DNA of 40,846 nt. Origin: Alphaproteobacteria bacterium MarineAlpha10_Bin2 (GTDB lineage: Bacteria > Pseudomonadota > Alphaproteobacteria > UBA828). The notes below the pieces were generated by a model that was given only the letters and a program-made list of their open reading frames with translations, had not been told where the DNA came from and did not search any database. The number at the start of each line of letters is the position of its first letter. Position 1 is the stretch's first letter. The stretch covers positions 1-40,846 of the forward strand of contig PTKB01000001.1 of assembly GCA_002937555.1 (NCBI GenBank), written 5' to 3'. Positions 9,864-16,529 of this stretch are shown here, one piece after another. The position numbers and the translations under genes were made by a program.

Positions 9864-10364
9864 ATGAACCGGCGCGGCTTCGACCGCGAGCTCAGGCGCG
9901 CCTTGGCCAACGCCCGGCGCTACGACGAATGCGGCGTGCTCACGCTGATCGACCTCGATGATTTCAAAACCATCAATGATGTCTATGGCCATCTGGCCGG
10001 CGACCGGGTGCTGCGTACCATCGGCCAACTGTTGCAATTGCAAATCCGCGAAAACGACAGCGTGGCACGCATCGGCGGCGATGAGTTCGCCATTCTTCTC
10101 GCCAAATGTAGCGGTGAGATGGGAATCAGCCGGGCCGAAGAGATCGAACGGGTGCTCAATGAGCATTTTGTCAATTTTGGCGGTGCCGCGATCCCGGTAC
10201 GCGGCAGCGTCGGCATCACCAAATTCGACAAACGTGACGATAGCGAAAGCATCATCGCCCGCGCCGACCAGGCGATGTACCAGAAAAAACATGAGAACGC
10301 GCGCGAGCGTGCGCGCAGCGGCCATACGCTGTTGCTCGCGCCGCATGCAGGTGAATCCGACTAA
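9864..10364 (+). CDS. GGDEF domain protein (3' part of the split diguanylate cyclase; possibly expressed as a stand-alone domain)
   Basis: MNRRGFDRELRRAL...LIDLDDFKTINDVYGHLAGDRVL...RENDSVARIGGDEFAILL. The GGDEF active site is intact, with an RxxD I-site (REND) five residues upstream. It is in the same frame as 9234..9665. Confidence 0.8.
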   Translation: MNRRGFDRELRRALANARRYDECGVLTLIDLDDFKTINDVYGHLAGDRVLRTIGQLLQLQIRENDSVARIGGDEFAILLAKCSGEMGISRAEEIERVLNEHFVNFGGAAIPVRGSVGITKFDKRDDSESIIARADQAMYQKKHENARERARSGHTLLLAPHAGESD

Positions 10365-10400
10365 CCGCCCCTCTCGGCCCGCTTCAAGCAATTTCGCCAC

Positions 10401-10432
10401 CTTCGGCGCGGTGCATCAGCGCCGCGCCGAAG
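10401..10432 (+). terminator. Strong GC hairpin downstream of the GGDEF gene (candidate terminator, no clear U-tract)
   Basis: CTTCGGCGCGGTG-CATCAG-CGCCGCGCCGAAG forms a 13-bp stem with one G.U pair. It is followed by CTGTTGCC. Confidence 0.4.
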
Positions 10433-10537
10433 CTGTTGCCCCGGACTGACGCGCAAAGTGGCGTCGGCGGGCGCGAGAAGCTATTCTCCCGGCGGCGCAC
10501 GCCACTCAGATCAATATTCTTAGGGGAGATCATCATC

Positions 10538-11005
10538 ATGTCCGGTCGAGTAGACGCACGCCTGGCCGAATTGGCCATCGAGCTGCCGGAGCCGCCGGCG
10601 CCGGTCGCCGCCTATGTGCCGTTTGTACAGACCGGAAATCTCGTCTTCATTTCCGGACAGGTGTCGTTTTTGGGCGCAGACGATTCATTGGCTGGCAAAG
10701 TCGGCGCCGATCTTACGCCCGAACAAGGCCAACAGGCGGCGCGCAACTCGGCGCTCAACATGCTGGCCCATTTAAAGAGCGCCTGCGGCGGCGATCTCGA
10801 CCGCGTAACGCGCTGCGTGAGTTTGCGCATCTATGTCGCCAGTGCGCCGGATTTCACCGGCCAGCCCGCTGTCGGCAACGGCGCGTCTGATCTTGTCGGC
10901 GAGATTTTCGGCGATGCCGGCAAACACGCGCGCGCCGCCGTCGGCGTCACGGCGCTGCCGCTCAACTGCGCGGTGGAAGTGGAATCGGTCTGGGAAATAG
11001 ATTGA
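10538..11005 (+). CDS. RidA/YjgF/L-PSP family protein
   Basis: AGGGGAGA RBS upstream of the ATG at 10538. Translation ...YVPFVQTGNLVFISGQV...ARAAVGVTALPLNCAVEVESVWEI is typical of the RidA family. Confidence 0.85.
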   Translation: MSGRVDARLAELAIELPEPPAPVAAYVPFVQTGNLVFISGQVSFLGADDSLAGKVGADLTPEQGQQAARNSALNMLAHLKSACGGDLDRVTRCVSLRIYVASAPDFTGQPAVGNGASDLVGEIFGDAGKHARAAVGVTALPLNCAVEVESVWEID

Positions 11006-11024
11006 GCAGGCCAGGGAACGAGCC

Positions 11025-12677
11025 ATGACCACAGCTTTCACCGGCGGCGAGGCGCTCGTCGAGACTCTCATCGGCCACGGCATTGATACGGCTTTTTGCC
11101 TGCCGGGCGAAAGCTATCTCGGCGCCCTCGAATCGCTGCGCGCCCATCAGAATGAGATTCGCCTCGTCGTCACGCGGCACGAATCGGGCGCGAGCTTCGC
11201 CGCGTGCGCCCATGCGCGCATGACCAACAAGCCGGGCATTGCGTTCGTCTCGCGCGGGCCCGGCGCCTCGAACGCCGCCATCGGCGTGCACACGGCGAAA
11301 CAGGATTCGACGCCGATGGTGCTGTTCGTCGGCCAGGTGCCGACCCACCAGATTGGCCGCGAGGCGTTTCAGGAGGTCGATTACCACATCATGTACGGCC
11401 CGCTCGCCAAGGGCGTGATGCAGGCGCTGTTGCCGGGAGAAGTGGCGGACATCACCCAGCGCGCGCTCACTCTGGCGATGGATGGGCGGCCCGGGCCGGT
11501 TGTTGTCGTCCTGCCCGAGAACGTCACCACCAGCGAATGCAAGAACAAGGAAATTCCTGCGCCGGAGCCGCGCCCGGCCTATAAAGCGGAAAGCGACGCC
11601 ATCGCCCGCGCCGCTGAAATGATTGATAAGGCGAGCCATCCGATCGTGATCGGCGGCGAAATGGTGAATTTCGAGGCCGCCAACGACGCGCTCGAAAATT
11701 TTCTCGAAGCCTCCGGCGCCGGCCTCTGTGCCGCCTTCCGCCGCCAGGGCGTGATCCCGACCGACCACCCCGCCTGCCTCGGCCATTTCGGCCTGGCATT
11801 GGCGCCCTATCAAAAGGAGATGTGGGAAGAGGTCGATCTTGTGATCGCCGCCGGCACCCGGCTCGATGCCGCCACCACCATGGATTTCGAGCTTGTAAGC
11901 CGGGAACAGGTTCTTATTCACATTTATCCCGATAGCGCGGTGCTCAGTGTCAACGCGCCGGACGTGGCGCTAAAGTCCGATTGCGGCGCGGCCCTGGAAG
12001 CGCTGAGCAAAGCCCTCACCACGCCGCCGCCGGAAGCCCGCCTGGCGTGGCGGCGCGCCCAGCGCGAGAAATACGAAGCCTGGGCCATACCGCCCAATGG
12101 CGAGGCTCTCGGCGCCGTCGATATGAACCGGGTCATGGCCACCCTCGGGGCGAAACTGCCCGATGATTGCACGGTGACCAACGACGCCGGCAATTTCGCT
12201 ACTTGGCTGCACCGGTTTCTGCCGTTCAAACACCGCCAGGCGCAGGCCGGTCCCGCCGCCGGCGCCATGGGCTTCGCCGTTCCCGGCGCGCTCGGCGCTC
12301 AGCTTGCCAGGCCGGGTAAAACCGTTGTCGCCCTGGTCGGCGATGGCGGGTTCCTCATGACCGGGCAGGAATTGGTCACCGCCGTCGAACAGAATCTGCC
12401 GATCAAGGTGATTGTTTGCGACAACAGCGCTTACGGCACCATTGCCATGCACCAGGTGCGCCGTTTCGGCAGCGAAAACCAATATGGCGTGAACCTGAAA
12501 AGTCCGGATTTTGCCGCGGCGGCACGCGCCTGGGGCGTCGAAGCTTGGAGCGTCACCCAGACCGATCAATTCGCGCCGGCGCTCGACGCGGCACTCGCCC
12601 ATGGCGGGCCGGCGCTGATCCATCTGAAAACGGATTTACGCGATTTGGCCGCTTCGGGGCTGAAACTCGAACCATAG
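11025..12677 (+). CDS. Thiamine-pyrophosphate-dependent enzyme (acetolactate synthase large-subunit-like)
   Basis: N-terminal TPP-pyrimidine domain (GGEALVETLIGHGIDTAFCLPGESYL..., RHESGASFAA) and a C-terminal TPP motif (LVGDGGFLMTGQELVTAVEQNLPIKVIVCDNSAYG). Confidence 0.85.
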   Translation: MTTAFTGGEALVETLIGHGIDTAFCLPGESYLGALESLRAHQNEIRLVVTRHESGASFAACAHARMTNKPGIAFVSRGPGASNAAIGVHTAKQDSTPMVLFVGQVPTHQIGREAFQEVDYHIMYGPLAKGVMQALLPGEVADITQRALTLAMDGRPGPVVVVLPENVTTSECKNKEIPAPEPRPAYKAESDAIARAAEMIDKASHPIVIGGEMVNFEAANDALENFLEASGAGLCAAFRRQGVIPTDHPACLGHFGLALAPYQKEMWEEVDLVIAAGTRLDAATTMDFELVSREQVLIHIYPDSAVLSVNAPDVALKSDCGAALEALSKALTTPPPEARLAWRRAQREKYEAWAIPPNGEALGAVDMNRVMATLGAKLPDDCTVTNDAGNFATWLHRFLPFKHRQAQAGPAAGAMGFAVPGALGAQLARPGKTVVALVGDGGFLMTGQELVTAVEQNLPIKVIVCDNSAYGTIAMHQVRRFGSENQYGVNLKSPDFAAAARAWGVEAWSVTQTDQFAPALDAALAHGGPALIHLKTDLRDLAASGLKLEP

Positions 12678-12694
12678 GGGTTAATATATAACCT

Positions 12695-13885
12695 ATGGCA
12701 CTCGAAGAAGCCGGGCGCGGGACCGATCTCGAAGCGCATATATTGACTTCGCTCGGCGACGTCGCAGCGGACGCGTGGGACGCCTGTGTGCCCGGCCAGC
12801 ATCCTTTCGTGCGTCACGCCTTCCTCTCGGCCCTGGAGGAAAGCGGCTCGGCCACCGCCGAGACCGGCTGGCTGGGCCAACATGTGGTTCTGAAAGACGG
12901 CGGCGGAACGGTTATCGGCGCTGTTCCGATGTATCTCAAGAACCACTCGCACGGCGAATATGTGTTCGACCATGGCTGGGCCGACGCGTTCGAGCGCGCC
13001 GGCGGGCGCTATTATCCGAAAATGCAGGTGGCGGTGCCGTTCACGCCCGCGACTGGCCCGCGCCTCCTGCTCCGCATCGGCGCCGCGGCGGACGAAGAAG
13101 AGGCCAGGGTACTTCAGGGCGCCCTGCTCTCAGCCTGCATTCAATGCTCGGATAAGATCGGCGCCTCTTCGCTCCACATCACCTTTCCGGACGAAGAGGA
13201 AGCCGAACTCATGCAGGAGGCCGGCCTGTTGCTGCGCACCGGCATGCAGTTTCACTGGGAGAATGACGGCTATGACAGTTTCGATGATTTTCTAGCATCC
13301 CTGGCTTCGCGCAAACGCAAGCAAATCCGGCGCGAACGGCGCGAGGCGCTGGCCGAGGGCTTAACCGTCCTCGCGCTTTCCGGCGAAGATATTCAGGAGC
13401 GTCATTGGGATGCTTTCTTCCACTTCTACCAAGAAACCAGCAGCCGCAAATGGGGCGTGCCCTATCTGACGCGCGAGTTTTTCAGCCTGCTCGGGCAAAA
13501 CATGGGCGAACAGGTTGTGTTGATGATTGCCGAAAATGCCGGGCAGCCGATAGCCGGCGCCCTCAACCTGATGAGCGGTGATACCCTTTACGGCCGCAAT
13601 TGGGGCGCCGTGGAATATCACAAATTCCTCCATTTCGAGCTCTGTTATTATCAGGCCATCGACTATGCCATCGCGCATGGGCTGAAACGCGTGGAAGCAG
13701 GCGCGCAGGGCGAACACAAGCTGTTGCGCGGCTATTTGCCGTGTCCCACCTACAGCGCCCATTGGATCGCCAATCCTTCATTCCGCGGCGCCATCGAGGA
13801 CTATCTCGAGCGCGAGACGCGACAAGTGGATTGGGAAATCGAGGCACTCGGCACGCACAGCCCGTTTCGCAAAACCGCGCCATGA
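12695..13885 (+). CDS. DUF482 / FemAB-like GNAT-fold protein (COG3146 type)
   Basis: WDAC...HPFVRHAFLSALEESGSATAETGW...PMYLKNHSHGEYVFDHGWADAFERAGGRYYPKMQVAVPFTPATGPRLL matches my memory of this conserved family of unknown function. Confidence 0.7.
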   Translation: MALEEAGRGTDLEAHILTSLGDVAADAWDACVPGQHPFVRHAFLSALEESGSATAETGWLGQHVVLKDGGGTVIGAVPMYLKNHSHGEYVFDHGWADAFERAGGRYYPKMQVAVPFTPATGPRLLLRIGAAADEEEARVLQGALLSACIQCSDKIGASSLHITFPDEEEAELMQEAGLLLRTGMQFHWENDGYDSFDDFLASLASRKRKQIRRERREALAEGLTVLALSGEDIQERHWDAFFHFYQETSSRKWGVPYLTREFFSLLGQNMGEQVVLMIAENAGQPIAGALNLMSGDTLYGRNWGAVEYHKFLHFELCYYQAIDYAIAHGLKRVEAGAQGEHKLLRGYLPCPTYSAHWIANPSFRGAIEDYLERETRQVDWEIEALGTHSPFRKTAP

Positions 13886-13898
13886 AATCGGACGGAAA

Positions 13899-14471
13899 AT
13901 GCGGTCGACATCATTGAACGCCTATATCCGCGCCCATCCCAAGCGTTTCAAGCTGTTGGCGGGCGCGGCGATTGTCGCCGCCATCGCCATTCTCATACCG
14001 GGAAAATCAATCGGTGAGGTGCCCTTTGCCGAAGAAGTCGGCAGTCTCGTGCACCATTACGACCGGCGCACGCCGACCCTCGCTTCGAGCGGCGCCATCG
14101 ACGAAAGCGCCTATGGCCGCCTCAGCCAGTTAGGCGTCGTGTCGGTGCTCGATTTGCGCGTGCCGGAGGAAGGTATTGAGGAAGAACGCCTCGACGTCGA
14201 AGCACGCGGCATGCGCTATTTCAACGTTCCGATGGGCTATGCCGTGCCGACAGAGGCGGAAATCGCCGCCTTCGCGCGCATCGTCGAGGACGAAAATAAT
14301 TTGCCGCTCTTGTTCCACGGCATCTTCGCCAACCGAGCCGGCTCCATGTGGGCGCTCTACCGAGCGCATCGTGGCATGGCGCCCGAACAGGCCTATGAAG
14401 AGGGCCGCACCGCCGGCCTCAAGGGTGTGCGCGCCAGGGCGGTGCGCGAAGCGCTTGGCCTAGAGGATTAA
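13899..14471 (+). CDS. Membrane-anchored DUF442/PTP-like (phosphatase-fold) protein lacking the catalytic Cys
   Basis: N-terminal TM or signal segment (LLAGAAIVAAIAILIP). The layout resembles the DUF442 phosphatase-like domain (..VVSVLDLR..., RYFNVPM.., LLFHGIFANRAGSMWAL), but the usual HC(X5)R P-loop reads HGIFANR. Confidence 0.5.
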   Translation: MRSTSLNAYIRAHPKRFKLLAGAAIVAAIAILIPGKSIGEVPFAEEVGSLVHHYDRRTPTLASSGAIDESAYGRLSQLGVVSVLDLRVPEEGIEEERLDVEARGMRYFNVPMGYAVPTEAEIAAFARIVEDENNLPLLFHGIFANRAGSMWALYRAHRGMAPEQAYEEGRTAGLKGVRARAVREALGLED

Positions 14472-14480
14472 TTTACCCGG

Positions 14481-15332
14481 TCACCCGGTAGCGTAGCTGC
14501 CGCCCATGAAGGCGCGCCAGAGGGTGCGGGGCTGGTCGCTGGTGTAGCCGCCGGTCGCCGAGTGCATGGAGGCGCGGCCGTCGAACAGAGTGACATCTCC
14601 GGCCCGCCATTTGTGGCGATAAGTGAAGCGCGCATCGGTGGCGTGGGCGTAAAGCTCGGTGAGCAGCTCGATGCCCGCCGCCGCATCCAACTCGACGATG
14701 CGCCGGGTAAATCCCGGATTGACGAAGAGCGCCTCACGGCCGGTCTCGGGATGGCGTTGGACCACCGGATGAATGGCGTCCGGTACTTTGGCGCGCTGCG
14801 CTTCCGTGAGCGCAACCTTGGCGTCGGCGCCGGAGCCGCTCATGATGTTGTGCACCGCCGTCAACCCGGCGATACGCGCCCGCATCGCCGCGGACAAACT
14901 GACATAGGCGGCATACATATCGCAGAACAGGGTGTCACCGCCGCTTTGGGGCACTTCGACCGCATACAGCATCGAGACATCGGCCGGGTCCGCCAGATAG
15001 GACAGGTCGGAATGCCAATAACTCCCTGCCGTCTGCGCCGTGGTGCGGCCCTTGCCGCTTTCCACCACGTTCGAAATGATGCACAGATCCGGCTCCTCAG
15101 GATGGTGGTACTGATCGAGGATGTGGCGTGTGATCGGACCGAAGCGGCGGCAGAAATCGGCCAGTTGGCCGGGCGTCAAATGTTGCCCGGGGAAAACCAG
15201 CAAAATATGCTCAAGCAACGCCCCGCGCAGCGCCTCCGCGTCTTCTTGCGTCAGCGAACGGGCAAGATCGAGCCCGTGAATTTCCGCCGCCAATGCGGCG
15301 CCGGTGGGTTCAACCGTAAATGTCACGCCCAT
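14481..15332 (-). CDS. TauD/TfdA-family Fe(II)/2-oxoglutarate dioxygenase
   Basis: 283 aa with WHSDLSY (the HxD iron ligands), the distal ...ASMHSATGGY... and overall TauD-like length and layout. Confidence 0.85.
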   Translation of the reverse strand: MGVTFTVEPTGAALAAEIHGLDLARSLTQEDAEALRGALLEHILLVFPGQHLTPGQLADFCRRFGPITRHILDQYHHPEEPDLCIISNVVESGKGRTTAQTAGSYWHSDLSYLADPADVSMLYAVEVPQSGGDTLFCDMYAAYVSLSAAMRARIAGLTAVHNIMSGSGADAKVALTEAQRAKVPDAIHPVVQRHPETGREALFVNPGFTRRIVELDAAAGIELLTELYAHATDARFTYRHKWRAGDVTLFDGRASMHSATGGYTSDQPRTLWRAFMGGSYATG

Positions 15333-16450
15333 TCCTCGATCACGTCCGCCGCCGTCCGATAGCGCACCGGTGCGCGCGATTCGGGCGGCTTGCCGTCGAC
15401 CCAGGCGGGATAGAGCACTTCGAAGAACGGATCGGCGCCATCGTCGTGGCGCTTGACCATGCCGCGCGCCTGGATTTGCGGATGCTCGGCCATCTCTGCC
15501 ATTTCATGGACGCGCTCGAAACAGCAATCAACGGCGGCGAACTGCGCTTCCCATTCGGCCATGGTTTTTTCCGCGATCAGCGCCGTCACTTCGGCGATCA
15601 GACCGCTCTGAGGCGTCGCCTCCCATTGCCGCGCGTGCCATTCGGGCCGCCCGACCGTATCGCAAAACGCCCGCCAGAATTTCTCTTCGACCGCGCCCAG
15701 GGTCATGAAGCGGCCATCTTTTGTGCGGTAGATATTGTAAAACGCGGTGCCGCCGTTGAGATAGATATTGGCGCGGCTGATGTCGAAGCCGGGGCGGACC
15801 ATGCCGGTCAGCGTCCACATCTGCCACGGGATGACCGCCTCGGCGATGCTGGTGTCGATGAAGCAGCCCTGGCCCGTGCCTCCCTGCCTGTCGCGCCCCA
15901 TCAGACCGCCGACAATGGCGAGCGCCGCCTGGATGCCGCTCGAGTAGTCGGCGACTTGCGGAAAGCCAATCACCGGAGCTTCGGTGGTGCCGGAGGTCAC
16001 CAGCCCACCCATCAGCGCCATGTAATTGAGGTCATGGCCAGCGCGTTCGCGATAGGGCCCGGTTTGCCCCCAGCCGGACAGGGCGCAATAAACCAAGCGC
16101 GGATTTATCTCCCGGATACGCGCCTCGCCGAATCCCAAACGCTCCATGACGCCCGGGCGATAGGATTCGAGCATCGCATCGGCGCCGGTGATCAGGCGTT
16201 CCAGATCGGCTTTGCCGGCGTCGCTCTTGAGATCGATCTCGACCACGCTTTTCGAGCCGTTGACCACTTTGTACCAGGCGGAAATGCCGTCCGCGTCGGG
16301 CGGGCCGAAGCGCCGCATGGGCTCGCCGCCCACTGGCTCGACACGCACCACCTCGGCTCCCATATCGGCAAGCAGAAGCGTGGCATAGGGTCCCGGAACA
16401 TATTGGCTGAGGTCGAGAACTCGCAAGCCGTCGAGAAATGAAAAGGACAC
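15323..16450 (-). CDS. Family III CoA-transferase (CaiB/BaiF type)
   Basis: LDGLRVLDLSQYVPGPYATLLLADMGAEVVRVEP..., ...GHDLNYMALMG. Its stop overlaps the start of the downstream dioxygenase by 10 nt. Confidence 0.85.
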   Translation of the reverse strand: MSFSFLDGLRVLDLSQYVPGPYATLLLADMGAEVVRVEPVGGEPMRRFGPPDADGISAWYKVVNGSKSVVEIDLKSDAGKADLERLITGADAMLESYRPGVMERLGFGEARIREINPRLVYCALSGWGQTGPYRERAGHDLNYMALMGGLVTSGTTEAPVIGFPQVADYSSGIQAALAIVGGLMGRDRQGGTGQGCFIDTSIAEAVIPWQMWTLTGMVRPGFDISRANIYLNGGTAFYNIYRTKDGRFMTLGAVEEKFWRAFCDTVGRPEWHARQWEATPQSGLIAEVTALIAEKTMAEWEAQFAAVDCCFERVHEMAEMAEHPQIQARGMVKRHDDGADPFFEVLYPAWVDGKPPESRAPVRYRTAADVIEEWA

Positions 16451-16529
16451 GGATCAGCTCCCTGTAGCGATACTATTCGCCGCCACAGGAAACTCCGCCC
16501 GAACGGCGGCGTCAATGATGACGCGGTGC

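Noticed and set aside
9471-9872. The two 24-nt repeats as a DGR template/variable repeat pair
   Set aside because: The repeats are far too short. The mismatches are not adenine-specific (they include C/A and G/C changes). No reverse transcriptase or accessory gene is present in the window.
9861-9900. CUGAUGA followed by a CGCGG/CCGCG hairpin, which resembles a hammerhead ribozyme core
   Set aside because: No GAAA follows the hairpin and there is no stem III or cleavage-site context. The sequence is fully explained as the LMNRRGFDRE coding region of the GGDEF domain.
15320-16441. 373-aa plus-strand ORF antisense to the CoA-transferase gene
   Set aside because: This is a typical shadow ORF in high-GC DNA. 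It is Arg/Ala/Gly-rich, has no recognisable motif, and lies fully inside a gene with clear family signatures. The same reasoning applies to 10962..11921(-), 18123..18857(+), 19289..20131(+), 20519..21211(+), 21233..21979(+), 26337..27191(-), 31674..32525(+), 38451..39389(-) and 39484..40293(-).
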